Position numbers and translations under genes: made by a program | Shown here: one piece after another, positions 1-13,983 of the stretch | Layout: each line of letters opens with the position of its first letter | Position numbering within the stretch: position 1 is the stretch's first letter | Assembly (NCBI RefSeq): GCF_036588685.1 | Contig: NC_086386.1 | Coordinates: 30,256,001-30,320,000, forward strand | Direction: 5' to 3' | Length of the DNA: 64,000 nucleotides | Source: Mytilus trossulus | Taxonomy: Eukaryota | The notes under the pieces: generated by a model | The model's input: only the letters and a program-made list of their open reading frames with translations | What the model was told of the DNA's origin: nothing | Database searches by the model: none

Positions 1-24
1 CCGCATTTATGCTATTTTGTGGCA

Positions 25-214
25 GCCACTTTTTATTGGTTAAGGAAACCGGAGTGCCCGGAGAAAACCATCAACCTTCGAAAACTGACTTTCCCAAACA
101 ATTAAGATTGGAATCGAGTGAACCCACACGAGCAGAGTTCGAACTCACAACCTCAGTGTTGACTGGCAAGTGATTACAGTAGTAAATACTAACTACTTAG
201 ACCACTCGGCCACC
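25..214 (-). mobile_element. tRNA-derived SINE
   Basis: Minus strand begins GGTGGCCGAGTGGTCTAAG (A box) and contains GAGTTCGAACTC (B box) followed by a non-tRNA body. A degenerate relative lies near 12500-12640. Confidence 0.65.
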
Positions 215-257
215 GGTCACCCTGTAAACATAAAGTACAAATGTGTAAGATACTCAC

Positions 258-454
258 TACTAATGAAATCAGTTCCTCTGATTTTTCGGTGGTCAGATCT
301 AAGAATACTCGTAAATCATCTTTAATGTCTGTATTGTATATACTCCTCAGCTGTTGGTGACAATGAAAAACAGATACAACTTTTTTAACAACAATGTCAA
401 TACTCATTTCTCTTTTATTGATGTCTTGAAATAGTTGTTGTAACCGTACCAATC
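258..454 (-). CDS. Gene B exon 4 (GLVRLQQLF...EELISLV)
   Basis: 197 nt, TAG acceptor and GTGAGT donor. Confidence 0.9.
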
Positions 455-3400
455 CTACAAACATACAAAAATATGTAAATGATATTAGTATGATTGCATA
501 ACTACATGTTCAGACGAATGGACGGACGAATGGATGGACGAACAAACGCAAAAAACGAGAAAACATCATAGTGAGTATAACAATTGTAGGCATTGGATTG
601 AAAACAAAATCCAAACGAAGTAGTTAAACTTAAGCATAACTTGATATTCGGAATACATTATTTTGCTTATAATTGATCTACAAATGTATGTTATTAAGCT
701 ACAAAGGAATAATTCCGCTGTTGTTTTCTTGAAAGTGATTTGAAGGAACAAAAATACGAAAATTGATTAGGTAAAAGTTTATACTTTTCTTGTATTCATA
801 TTGTTTTACGTAAAGTATTGAGTACTTAGCAAAACGGTTGATCATTATAAAATGAACAGCTCTATATTCAAGAACCAAACAAAAAGAACTTAAAGTCGAT
901 ATCATAATCTTTCAAATTACAATGCAGATTTGAAAATATATGAGAACAAAAGTCAACAAGGTATTTCCTTTATAGCTTTTGTTATTTATAAAACCAGACA
1001 TGTTTAAAATGTTTCAATCCTTAAAAACACATCATTTAAACAAATCTCTTTTTTTTAAATAGCCATGCAAACTACTCTTCATAAATTCAATGCGTCCGAC
1101 TCGCTTTTCCGACCTTGCGAGGGCTCAGACTTTACAGAAATATTTAAAGTTTTGCAGAAAAGAAACATGATCAAGACTCATTTTATGATTGAGTCGTTGC
1201 AGATCACAATTTCAAAAAATACGGAAAAGGCCCCCAAAAAAACTTACAAACGTATACATAACACGTGTATATAATTTTTGTGTATGATCTTAATTTTTTC
1301 AATACAGAGCTAGTCAAAGTTGTAAAAAACTCTTATCATCCTCATCATTGTTTTTCCTTCTGCATTTACCTTCACTGGGAAATTACAATGTCACTGACGA
1401 CAAAAATCAATAACTTTTACCTACCGTCATCTGTTTCATATATATAGAATATTTTATTCCATTCTTTAAGCTGAACAATATCAAGAAGCCCCGTAATATA
1501 TGATGGTCTAATGTAAAGCTGGTATGGATCTGAAGACAGCGACTGTTGTGGCATACTCAACGATATAAAGGGAACTTTGAAAGTGTCAGTATAAGACTGT
1601 ATGGTTGATAAAGCACAGGAATGAAATGCTCCAAGAATCCCGTATACATTCTGTTCTAACAAATCACAAACTGAAAAAGAAAGATAGACATTACTGTTCG
1701 GTGTGAGCCAAGGCTCCGTGATGAAGACTGTAAGTTTACCTATAATGATTTACTTTTATGAAATGCGACTTGGGTGGAGAGATGTCTCATTGACACTCAT
1801 ACCACATCTTCTATCTATTTGCAGTAAAAAAAAAATCTTATAATAGTGAAATTTCCTTTTCACACATGATAGGAAAATTATAAACAAAACAATACTTATA
1901 ATAGATTTATGATATTAAATAGTTTGACTTCTTATATAAGACTTTCCTATGGAAAGGGTATAGACATTCAGTACTTTAAAAGAGGGGCGTAAGATACCAA
2001 AGGGACAGTCAAACTCATTAATCTAAAACAAACTGACAACGCCATGGCTAAAAATGAAAAAAGACAAATAGACAAACAATTATTATAGTACACATGACAC
2101 AACATAGAAAACTAAAGAATTTAACAACACGAACCCCACCAAAAACTAGGGATTATCTCATATGCTCCGGAAGGGTAAGCAGATCCTACTCCACCCGTCG
2201 TGTTGCTTATGTGATAACAAATCCGGTCAATAGTCTAATTCGTTAGGTCACATTTATGAAAGGGAAGGGGATTGCAGTTACGACGTAAGGAACATATCCG
2301 ATATCATTTGTGAAACGGTTATTCCATAACGGTCAACCAACTCGTGATGGCGTCCGTAAAATTTACGAAGGGATGATTTCAACTTCACCATTTAGAACTC
2401 TTGGTTTAATAGCTTTTTTGTAAGCAGCAACTCTCTATCAAGAAAATCATGATTGGAAATGCAAGCACGGGAATATCGTATCAATTGGGAGATATATACC
2501 CCGTATGCAGGTGCTGCTGGAATATTGCTACTTATAAATGGAAAGTTCACAATTGGAAAACTGAATTGATTTATAAAAACTACATTGTTGTAACTACAAT
2601 GATTCACGTTCAATGTTAATACATAAATAAGGTAGCTACGATTTGATTGTTATTTGTTATGGGGGAGGGGGGGGGGGTTACTTTGCTAGGATGAAGACTT
2701 TTGTCCCGAATTTTGTTTTAGTTGTAAACTGTCCTGCCTTTTTATTTTTAGTTTACCCTGACTTTTTTTACCTAAATTGTCATCCTGCCTTTATACTCAA
2801 AACTGCTGTCCTGCCAATTCTTTTTCAAATTTCATCCTAATAATAACTAGTTTACGGAAAGTAGTTTTCTTTTTTAAATCCTATTGACTGTTTTTGTTTT
2901 TTACAAATAAGAATATTTGAACAAGCTTGGCAAAAAAAAGCTTTTCTAAAAGATAGTTATCTAAAATAGCATGAAGGATGGTACTTCATTTTAACATTCA
3001 ACATTGATTTTCACTAATTGCAACAAATACATAAAAAGGAGTTAAAGACCGATTAAGGATAGTTAATGTAAAAACATTTTAGTAATAGAAACAGTTAGTA
3101 CAATGTTGTGTCAGATTTGTAATAATGACTTTCGCAAAAAAGTACGCCATGAAAATAAGGTTTATCGGCAATCACATAATATAACCGTAGAAGTGAATTG
3201 CGTCGCATGGAAATGTATAGATGAAGTATCTTATGTATGTATTGGTACACATTTGATATGACTAATAATATCTTTATCAGGAGTCAATATCCTGATGTCT
3301 GCAATCGATATAAGAGTGCATTTCCCTAATCCAATTTTACTGAAAAAGCTTTTATTGTCGAAAATATGGTGGATACAAAATCGATTGCAGGGTTATGCTT

Positions 3401-6400
3401 GTCCCAGGAGAAACGAGAATTTAATACTATCCTTAACTTCGTTTAACAATGCTGACTTCTAAAGATAGTTAGCAATTTCAGCTGAATAAATAACATGACT
3501 TGTATTTTAAGAATATCAAGATGGATTTCACATTAATATGAAAGCAGATTGTCAATAGAAATATTGCACATTAAAATTGCAATCGTAAATCATGTGTTTG
3601 TCATTAATCAAAGGTTTTTACTCCACTGACATTTATATTTAGCTCATTTGGGACATTGTTTGCTTTTGCTAAAACAAACATATTTGGTGTGTAATGGCAT
3701 TGATGTCTTAACTCGTACCGGCTCCTTTTTTGTTTAAAGTTGGTCATGGGCCAGTTATGGATTAACCAATAAAATTGTTTTCTTCCGGCTTAAGAATGCC
3801 AAAGATTCTCTAATATATGTGAATGGTAATGCAAAAATCCTTATTCTTGCCAGTATTTTATTTTTATTTTCTAGTACTGGGCCATTTCCACTGCTGTTGA
3901 ACTACTACTTCCTTGGGTTTTTTTTAACATTTTAATAGTCATTGTTGCAATGCTGGCATTACTTATGATATGCCCTCATTAAATATTCTGTTTAAGAAAT
4001 CATGAAGAAATTAGGGTTCAATATACATCTTCAAGAAAACTCCATCTGCTGTGAGATGGAATTATCTATTTCCCCCCTTTTGATTTTAAAAATATTTTTA
4101 ACCCCGCCACATTCTATATGTATGTGCATGTCCCAAGTCAGGAGTCTGCAATTCAGTGATTATCGTTTGTTTATTTGATACATATTTGTTTTTTGTTAAT
4201 TTTTTGTACATTAATAAGGCCGTTAGTTTTTCGGTTGAATTACTCAAACATTGTCATTTCGTGGCCTTTCAACGCTCACTATGCGGTATGGGCTCAGATC
4301 ATTGTTGATAGCCGTACGGTGACCTTGAGTTATTAATTGCTGTGTCATTTGGTCTCTTGTGGAGAGTTGTGTCTTTGACAAACATATTGCAACTTCTTTT
4401 TTTCATACATGTTTGTATCTCATCATGTCGAATTTATACTCATTGTGCATTTTTAACTTTTAAATTTTTATGCTTGAACGTGAGTTTAGAAATACGTAAT
4501 GAAAACTAGGACATAATTATAAATCATAGGTGAAAGATACAAGGACATTCAAACTCGTAAGTCGAAAATAAAGTGACAACGATATGAATAGTAAAGAAAA
4601 AAATCAGCACACAAACAATAGAACACAATTATACACTACATAGAAAACGTAAAGACCAAGCATCATGGACCCCACTTAAAACACATGGCGATTTCAGGTC
4701 CTCAAGAAGGTACTAAGCATATGCTGCTCCACAGTCAGTTTTTAAGATATCGTAAGTGCACAGATAAACGCGTTAGAACTGCATTACTTGATAGGTGAAA
4801 TACGATTCCAAGCACACTTTTATCCTTAGATATAACACAAAGCAAATATAAGTTTGCCTCGTTTCAGATAAAAATCTACTTTGTAATAGCCATCATTAAA
4901 TCATTTCTCATTAAACGAGAAACTTTAGTCTCTGTAAAATGCATAAATAGTTTGCATTACATAGAACACGATCCTCGAGGGAATCTAGTGTTGGTATGCT
5001 ATTTCAAACTGATAAAATAAGCATCATTAAACATGACAAACGAAAGCCATAACTTAATAACGGGAATATACAATACATTAATTGTATGATGCTATGGTAC
5101 CTATCAAACCTATATATAAAATAAAACGAGAGACAACTCTTCATAAGAGACCGAAAGAGAGAAATTTACAACAATATTTCCTTTTTGTAAGATATTAGAT
5201 ACATGTATATAATATGCTGAATATTTCTCACGTCAACTTATTTAAATGATTTTTTTTTCAAAATGGGGTGCAATAATTAACATACATATTATTATATATT
5301 ATACATAAAATCGAAACGAAATGGATAAAAAATAAAGCGATGCAGCATGATTGCCTATGAGACAACCAACATTCTATCATAAACCGAAAGTATACTTTTA
5401 GGGATATACACAGATACATGTACAAGCCAACCATCATCCCACCAGATACCAAAGGATATGGATGTATATATAATCAGAAACATATAACCAAACGACCTTC
5501 AATCATGAACTAAACCAATTTCGTACAACAAGCTATAATTATAAAAGCACTAGTAGGAAACAACAAGTGAAACTGCGAGCTACTGCTTACAGATGATAAC
5601 CCCGCCTCAAGTTTATAATATTGATAGTGTAAAAATATGCAAGTGTTCGGTTAACAGGAAGTTGTTAAGTGATGCATCTGAAAACGCACCACACGGAATA
5701 GCGGTCTTGAAAAATAATGAAACAAAATTTCAGAAATCCTTGTATTGTAGTTCCTGAGACAAATGTGAGGAAATTTTTCAACTTGGCTATCATTTGTAAA
5801 ATGATACAAGTGTTCGGGTAAACATGAAGTTGTCGGGTGATGAATCTAAAAACGCATCACCCGGTAAAGCAGACTTATAAAAACTCTGAAACCAAATTAA
5901 AGAAATTCTTGTATTGTAGTTCTAAGAAAAGTTAGACGAAAAATATTCATGGGACGGACGGACTGACGGACGGATGGATGGATGGACAGACAGAGGTAAA
6001 ACAGTATACCCCCCTTTTTTTTAAAGCTTGGGGTATAATTATAAGTGTAAAGAAAGGATAGAGGTAACATAGATGGTTTAGATCTCAAAAATCATGTTTA
6101 ATCACGCCGCATTTTTGCGCTTGTCCAAAGTCAGGAGCCTCTGGCCGTTGTTTGTCTTGAAGGATTTTTAATTTTAGTTAGTTGTATGTTTTTTTTTATT
6201 TAGTATGACCTCTATTTTCTAAAAACTAGCACGCATTTTATTCAGGGGTCAGCTGAGACCCACCTCCGGTTTGGGATTTTCTTGCTGTGATGAGGACACA
6301 TTGGTGGTTTTCGGTTGTGTTTTGCTCAATTTTATGAGATGAAAGCATCATTAAACTATGTGTACGGATTGATAATTCAGTCGTATGATTTTTTTTATTA

Positions 6401-9400
6401 GTTGTTAGTTGTTAGCTGCGAGTATTCACAGATCTGTTCCTTGTATCTTTTTTCTTGTGTTATTATATTATACCACTGTCCTAGACTATGGGGAGGGCTT
6501 GGATCCCGCATAAATGTTTAACCCCGCCACATTGTGTATGTATGTGCCTGTCCCAAGTCAGGAGACTATATTCAGTGCACGTGGTTGTCGTTTATGTGTT
6601 ACAAATTTGTTTTACGTTCATTTTCTTATATAAATAAGGCCGTTAGTTTCCTTTTTTAATATGTAATATTGTCATTTCGGAGCATTCAATAACTGACTAT
6701 GCGGTATGGGTTTTGCTCATTGTTGAAGACCGTACGGTGACCTATAATGTTAATTTCTATGTCACTTTGGTCTCTTGTGGACAGTCGTCTCATTGGCTTC
6801 ATGCCACATCTTCTTTTTATATTAAAAGTCACTAATGATACAGGATGTTCCAGATATTTGTTTCATTGGTTTCCATAAGTTAATGTTAATTGGTATGCAT
6901 ATCGAAGTATACTTATTAAAATGAAACATAGACACATAAAAATTATATGAATCATGCTTGTCAAATGATGTTTGAATTTATTTATCAGTTAAAGAGTTAA
7001 AGATTTTTTGACAAACATTCAGATAATATAAACATGATTCCTTTAAAGTAACAAACTCAAAATTACTCAAATACATATATTATGCATTGATGGTCATTGA
7101 TGCTGTTAATTGTTTCATTCTTTTTATAAAAGTGTAGATTTTAACAAGTACAATGCTGAATTGGTAAAAATAAAAGAGTTATACTAGTGCTTTAACACCA
7201 ACGAGTCAATAAATGTATGGTCTTCATCATAAAAGCAGATTTATAGATTTTGTATTGCTGATGATGATTGTTGGTTTTAGGGTGTCTGTTTGTCCATAAA
7301 GTGTACACAGTTTTCACGATTAATAGACAGGAACGATAGATATTATTTTACTCAGTCTGATGGTCATAATTTAATGTGTTCCAATTTCTCTGAACTGGTA
7401 CACATTTTTGTTTGGGGACCATATGAAGCTCACAACGGGGTACGGAATTTTCTAACAGTGTTGAGGACTCATTGATAAAAAAATCAACTAACCCTCCATG
7501 GCGGAATTATGATGTCAACCAAGCGAAGAAAACTTTCACTATTAACAAAGGCAATATAGGAAGAGAAACATCTCACAAAACAAAGAATCCCTGGTTACTC
7601 AGAAGAACAGTTTGAAAATGAGAAGGAGAAAGCTATGAATGACTGGAGTGAAAGTTTAGTAGACCAGGTCAATACATCCAGAAATTCAAAAGAGGTATGG
7701 ACTACTTATAAGAGTTGACCAAAAAGAAAGATTACAACACCATTCTAGTACCATTAATAGAGCAAGACGACCCACCAGCCTTTTCAAATCAAGGAAAGTT
7801 TAAAATCTTGCAAAAAACAGAACTATTTAAGTTTGCAGGAGAAAACCTCATAGAAGCAATACAAACTATGGAGAACCTAACACTAAAACATGGCCGGCTG
7901 CCACAGGAATGGAAGACAACAAACATTAGATTCCTGAGGAAACAAGGAAAAACCAAATACAACTCACCATCATCATACCGCCCAATAAGTCTAACCAGTT
8001 TCATGTGCAAAATTACTGAAATAATTGTTCTTAACAGGCTGGAAGCGTTCATAGAAGGAATGAAGCTTATAGACGAAATACCAGAAGGATTCAGGAAAAA
8101 ACACTCAACATCAGATCAGATCAGATTTATCCAGAACACGATAGAAAAAATAAATATAGGAGAAATCACCCTTGTTTGCATTATTGACATAAAAAAGGCA
8201 TATGATTCAATCTGGCGAGAGGGACTATTATTTAGTAAAATTCCACCATCTGGGTATAAGGGGGAAAACATGGACCTGGATTAAGATTCATGCGGACCCT
8301 TTGGCTAAAATGGCTCAAAATCACCTCAAAATTTACTCTGAGTACAGACAACATCGTTCAGCTGGGAAAGATTTAAGGTATTGAATGCCCTAGATAAATA
8401 CAATTCATTGCGTCGTATGATTTAGAAAATTCATAACTTAGTTGGATTATGCAGTGCACTTTTTTACGTTCCTGCAGAAGATGATAAAATTAACAAACAG
8501 TCGAGTTTTGGTTGATATGGTCCACCCATGTAAACAGTTTAAAATCACCAATTATTGTCATGTATCTATTGTCCGTCTATTGTTCATGTCAAACAAAACA
8601 GTTCACTTCAATAATTACCTGTTGGGAAGATCTCAAATCTCTTTCCCAACTTAGTTTATTTTGGCCCATTCCTGAGGAATGAAAAAAAGTGCACGTCAAA
8701 ATCCGGTTAAGTTTTTATTTTTCTAAATCATAAAACATATTTGATATTCCTTTATCAAGGGCATGCTATGCATTATTTTTTTTAGATGCACAGGTACGTC
8801 TGCACTCAGAGTAAGTTTTGAGGTGACAATACGTCCATTTTACCTAAAAGGTCCATATGAACCTTAAGGATTTCCTACATAACTGAATTGCAAGATGCAT
8901 CTTTGAAAACTATCTAAGCGAAGAATTTGAAACAAAGGCTGTCACAAGGATCTGTTCTTACGCCTACATTGTTCAACATCTTTATCAACGACCTGCTGGG
9001 AGATATTTAAGGAGGCAAGACAGAATTTGCTGATGATGGAACACTCTGGAAAACAACTAAACCAGACCAGTTAATAGAACTTAAGGATAGGATGAAAGGT
9101 GAAATTACAAAGGCAATGAAATGGACTTAAAATGGAGAGTAAACATCAACCTAAACAAAACTGAAATATGCATCTTCTCAAAAAAGACAATCAATGAAGA
9201 GGAGAAACGCATTTTGATTCAAGGTAAAGAACACAAATACAGCTCGACACCAAAGCTCCTTGGAATCATTATGGACGAGAAAATGACCTTTAGCAAACAC
9301 ACTGATGCCATTAAAAAGAGAGGAAACAGGAATTTAACTATACTGAGAGAAGTGAGACAGATTAGCAAAGTAAAGACAGAAAGCTATTACAATTATGCTA

Positions 9401-12400
9401 CTGTCTAGCAAGATCAGTCATGGAATATTGTAGTCCAGCATGGCAAATAGCAGAACCAAAAGACCTGCAACAACTTGACAGAGTACAGAGAAAAGCACTT
9501 ATCCTATGCATGGACATGCCTACAACATCTAGCAGAAAAGCACTAGAAGTAGAAACAGCTGTTATGCAAATATATACCTTAGGCACAAATGGCCAGTAAA
9601 GAGATAGTAAAGATTAAATCCAAATCTGCACGGGAACCTATCGAACTGGTGAGGTATATGAAGATCATGACACATATGATAAGTACCAACACCAATGGGC
9701 AAAGCATTAAGCCAAGCAACAACAATGCAAAAACAGACGAAGATTAACATCAACCTCTTAGAACCAGAGTTAACCTACAGACTGGTAGAAACCCAAATGA
9801 CTCAATCAAAACCTTCATATTGAAGTCAACTAAGCAACTCAAAATCAAGGACAAGTGAGCAACACAAATTTGTCAGGAAACCATTACATGTAAGCAACTC
9901 CTGTGAGATTGCACACAAGAATAAGCAATATCGATTACAGAGGATCTTGCTTATGGACTCCCGGATCCTGTAAAGCAGGAGCAATTGTCTACGCTGAACA
10001 CATTAAACCTAGACATGCCAATATAGCTGCTAACGACGAGGCTGACTTTCTTGCAAAAACATCAACACATGAAGCAAAATAACTACCACCAGAAAATAAC
10101 GTCATAACACTACAGGACGTCAAACCAGCAGCATATAAAACTACAGAAGAAAAATGGGAAATAGGTGAGAGGGGCAGGGACCTTTACGAACCAATATCAA
10201 ATACAAACACTCAATTATGTATGATTTTCCCACTAAAAGACATTTCAGTTTATTCGCCAATATAACTGCTAACGACGAGGCTGACTTTCTTGCAAAAACA
10301 GCAACACATGAAGCAAAATAACTATTACCAGAAAATAACGTCTTAACACTACAGGACGTCAAACCAGCAGCATATAAAACTACAGAAGAAAAATGGGAAA
10401 TATTTGAGAGGGGTAGGGACCTTTACGAAACAATACCAAATACAAACACTCAATTATGTATGATTTTCCCACTAAAAGACATTTCAGTATATTCGCCTAA
10501 CTAAGAACTGGCTATACAGAACTCAACTTCTACAAGAACCGACTAGGCCAAACCAGCGCCATAGAGTCGTGCAACTGTGGAGCACCTGAAACGCCTGACC
10601 ATTTCCTTCTGGAGTTTCCCTGCTATGAGAACGTACGAGAAGATATGTTACACCAAATATCCAAAGAGGTCGGAGTCAGAAACCTAAATTTAGCTATTAT
10701 GCTAACGAGACTAGACGGCGAGAACACAGACGAGACAAAAGCCAAACAAGAAACAGTGGCACATTACATTGACAGAACAGGCAGATTTGACACTGCTGTT
10801 CTTCAATCCCAATCTTAACCAGCGCATACTTACTACCATGTTGTGTCGTGTTCTATTGTTCGTCTGTTTGTCTTTTTCATTTTTAGCCATGGCATTGTCA
10901 TTTTTTTTTTTTTAGATTTATGACTCTCCCTTTGGTATCTTTCGTCCCTCTTTTGTAGGCCAGAGAAGAAAATACGCCGAGAAAAACGCACCAAAAAGGA
11001 AAAAAAAGTATTGAGACAATTCGTGCAAACAGGATTTAAGATGGAGGATTGAGGCCTTGGGTTGTTTATGCTATTTGTTGTGTAGCTGTTTCTTTGACAA
11101 ATCAGAACATAATATAGGGCCAATAACTCCCTTAAGTTGTTAATTCAATTTGGGTTTGTTGGTTTGTTTTTTTTTATTAAAAAAACAGTTGCAGATTGTT
11201 TTTATAGTTTGTGAAGCAAAGCCACATCCACTTGTATTGTTGTCCATCTGATGAATTAAGCCATTTTCAACTGATGTTTATATTTCGTTCTTATGTTGTC
11301 CTGTCATACCACTGTCACAGGTTAGGAGGAGGGTTGGGATCCCGCTAACATGTTTAACCCCGCCACATTATTTATGATTGTGCCTGTCCAAAGTCAGGAG
11401 CCTGTAATTCAGTGGTTGTCGTTTGTTTATGTGTTGAACATTTGTTTGTCGTTGATTTTTTATATATAAATTAGGCCGTTAGTTTTCTCGTTTGAATTGT
11501 TTTACATTGTCATATCGGGGTCTTTTATAGCTGACTGTGCGGTATGGGGCTTTGCTCATTGTTGAAGGCCGTACGTTGACCTATAGTTGTTGATTTCTGT
11601 GTCATTTTTGGCCTGTTGTGGACAGTTGTCTCATTGTCAATCATACCACCTCTTCTTTTAATGCTATTATTCCATGGATTCTTTCATTCACTTTACACTT
11701 GTGCATATCTTGTTGCACACCTGATTTTTTATTCTTAGGTTAATTTAACATTATCTGTTGTTCTTTTAATTGAAAACTTTCTTGTTTTGAATAATTAAAA
11801 AGTATCATTGATATATCATGTCAACTCAAGGATACTGACTAAGACCGTATAATCAAACATATTTGAATTGATTTGAATATATCCAGTTTATTCATTGAAT
11901 AATCTTTATAAGGTTTTCGTTGAACGTAAAACAAAGATGAACATCAAGTAAGGACACTAGCGTTAATGACTTTATTGTGCAACCCTGTGTTTTTGTGGGG
12001 ATCATATTTCTGAATTGTTGATTTTCAGTTTCGGTTTGAAATTTTATGAAGTAATTTTTACCATATATCAATTGTACATTTGTATTCATTCAAGTTAGAA
12101 GTCTTAAAAAATAAATTGCATTCCTGAATCAAAATCAATTTATTTCGAACCAATCATTAGCGGCCCATGACTGCAAATGACTCCCTTACTGAACATATAA
12201 TATAATACATACTTGCATTAGTAACGTAATAACTATCTTGGCAATCTACAATCTCATGGATCTGTTCAAGTGTTATATCTTTATCCATGGTTGATAGACG
12301 ACCTACTTCCAACTCGAACGTCTTTGCTAAGTGTCGTGATTTGTGGTCAAATATAGCACCTGGAAGGAAATTCAATCGATGGATAATAATTCAATTAAGT

Positions 12401-13680
12401 GAATAAAGTTATAATAATATTTTGTATCTGACTATTTTGAACTGTTATAATAGATCGACATAATCGTGTTTGTTGTTTGATGTTTAACAAACTAGACTGT
12501 AAACAGATTTTCTGTTCATAATGCTCCAGAGAGAACCACTAAACCTTGGCAGGAAATATAAAAAAAAGATGTCAATAAAGATCTTAGTCAAACACACCTC
12601 ACCATGATCAGGATTTTAACTCTTAACCGTAGAGTTTTTGTTTTGAAATAAAACACCTGGTCATAACTGTTTGAGTTCAAAACAACTAGTTACTAAGCGG
12701 ATATAGAGTATTAATCAATTATCTCCCTTGAAAAATGCACTCATATTTTTAAATTTTAAAGCAATACCACGTAATGAGTTTATTGTACTTAAGATAAACA
12801 TGTGAGCCCTTTGTGTTAACTTACAAACAATCAAAAGTGACCGAATGAATATGTGCTTCTAAAGTCGTGCGTGTGGTTAACGTTCAACAAACTTCGTCAA
12901 CAAATATGTTCAACAAACTTTTAATATATGTTGCAAAATTCAAAATGTTGTTACGACACACACACACATAACTAGCATAGAAGCAATAGAATGAAAGCAC
13001 CGGAATAAGACTATACGTAGTTACTAATTAAAAGAATACTTCAAATCAAATACCAACTTATATATATACATCAATCCTGAATAAATATAATTTGTTCGAT
13101 CGGTACACTTCCAACAGATTTTTGGTCAAGACGTCATAAACAGTTTTAGAATCGATGATGTATGATAATGAGTTCTCATAACTTCACAAATGCAGCAAAA
13201 TATATCAAATATGTTTTAATTTTCGGAAACGAAAATTGATATAAATACCAAAAACGAATATTTTACTACTGTATTTAATTGGTAACCTTTTAGAATAATT
13301 AATTTAAATAATTGATTCGTTATTTTTAAAGTTCTAACTCTCTGATAATCTGTGTAAGACTGTGTATACTTTTTAATAATCATTTCAAACGCGATGTAAA
13401 TCAAGCATGTACCCATTTACATAAACCTAGCATGAAGTGGTGAATATGTTTGAATAAATATGATGTATTTCTTTATACATTATATTAATCGATTATTGAC
13501 CGTCAAAACAGCATCTACAAAATCAGCTGTTTGAGATTAAAATATAGATAAACCAATTTCTTATATTGTCCTAATGAGAATTGGAATTGACTTACCGATT
13601 TTACGCCTCCTGCTTGAGTCCTGTCCATTAATCATTGTAAACATGAAATAATAATAAGAAACAAACGAATGTATTTTCAT
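258..13680 (-). CDS. GRIA: Gene B: second AMPA-type glutamate receptor paralog, exons 1-4 only (continues beyond the left edge)
   Basis: Four exons homologous to gene A exons 1-4, with identical phases and no stops. Intactness of the rest is not visible. Confidence 0.88.
1425..1670 (-). CDS. Gene B exon 3 (ICDLLEQNVYG...YETDDG)
   Basis: 246 nt, CAG acceptor and GTAGGT donor. Confidence 0.92.
1980..2560 (-). mobile_element. Penelope-like element 3' fragment (family 3): RT C-terminus plus 3' tail
   Basis: FSFPIVNFPF..SNIP..PAYGVYISQLIRYSRAC with an internal stop. Tail-only copies at about 4530-4730, 10838-10953, 17244-17370, 22204-22236 and 41420-41490. Confidence 0.75.
4099..4403 (+). mobile_element. 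Penelope-like 3' tail copy (family 1)
   Basis: Matches 45930-46470 in reverse; contains TTAACCCCGCC...CCAAGTCAGGA. Confidence 0.7.
5528..6039. mobile_element. HINE/DINE-1-like non-autonomous element with internal tandem repeats
   Basis: About two 167-bp internal units (AAGTGTTCGG at 5641 and 5808), a (GGAC/GGAT)n microsatellite at about 5951-5993, and a terminal hairpin TATACCCC...GGGGTATA. Confidence 0.6.
6055..6330 (+). mobile_element. Penelope-like 3' tail copy (family 2)
   Basis: Matches 16870-17017 and, in reverse, 57975-58310. Confidence 0.6.
6360..6822 (+). mobile_element. Penelope-like 3' tail copy (family 1), uninterrupted across the 46473/48746 junction
   Basis: Its reverse complement aligns with 45930-46470 and continues into about 48746-48785. 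Confidence 0.7.
7480..10817 (+). mobile_element. Degenerate 5'-truncated non-LTR retrotransposon with RT, RNase H and C-terminal zinc knuckle (I-group-like)
   Basis: YRPISLTS, DIKKAYDS, QGSVL.PTLFNIFINDL (about 8942-8995), FADD (9027-9038), H..I.AND.AD.LAK RNase H motif, CNCG..ETPDHFLLE. Multiple frameshifts and stops. Confidence 0.85.
8285..8863. mobile_element. Non-autonomous TIR DNA transposon with TTAA TSD (Kolobok-like) nested in the LINE RT
   Basis: TTAA at 8281-8284 and 8864-8867, about 65-bp imperfect TIRs with RR..YY ends. Removing the insert restores the RT reading W-I-K-D-F-L. Confidence 0.8.
11222..11660 (+). mobile_element. Penelope-like 3' tail copy (family 1)
   Basis: High similarity to the reverse complement of 45930-46370. 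Confidence 0.72.
12213..12359 (-). CDS. Gene B exon 2 (GAIFDHKSRHL...YYVTNA)
   Basis: 147 nt, CAG acceptor and GTATGT donor. Confidence 0.9.
13100..13420 (-). mobile_element. Old Penelope-like remnant (RT C-terminus plus start of tail)
   Basis: ILKGYQLNTVV..LVFI resembles ILKGYLFNTVI..IVFI of 48934-49164; AGACGTCATA.ACAG is shared with about 48811. Confidence 0.5.
13596..13680 (-). CDS. Gene B exon 1 (MKIHSFVSYYYFMFTMINGQDSSRRRKI-G)
   Basis: ATG at 13680, G|GTAAGT donor, paralogous to 58969-59050. Confidence 0.85.
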
Positions 13681-13760
13681 CTTTAAAACAATACTTTCCA
13701 AATACATATGTTGCGAAATGTCCTTATTAGCCAAAAATCGTATCTAATCATTAATTGTGC

Positions 13761-13983
13761 TGCGCATGTCAGCAGTCAGTATTTACAACTGAATGCTTCA
13801 AGATGGAGTTTAAATTGATGTATAAATGTTGCTTTCATACTAAAAGCTTAGACATTATGTATTACGCATTTATTTTCTCAAAGAGACAACATCGGCACGC
13901 TTATAGATTATCTCATTAAGTCAACAATTCTATGAAAATCACATTTGGGTGTAAAATATCAATAAGTATTGATGGTTAATGTC
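13761..13983 (-). promoter_or_regulatory. Putative promoter/5' UTR blocks of gene B conserved with gene A
   Basis: Same four blocks, 80-300 bp upstream of the ATG. Confidence 0.65.

Noticed and set aside
135-214. tRNA gene
   Set aside because: A and B boxes are present, but there is no clean cloverleaf and it continues into a SINE-like body.
11247-11275. CTGATGA in family 1 tails (also at about 46341, reverse) as a hammerhead
   Set aside because: No GAAA after the putative stem II and no cleavage triplet or stem I.
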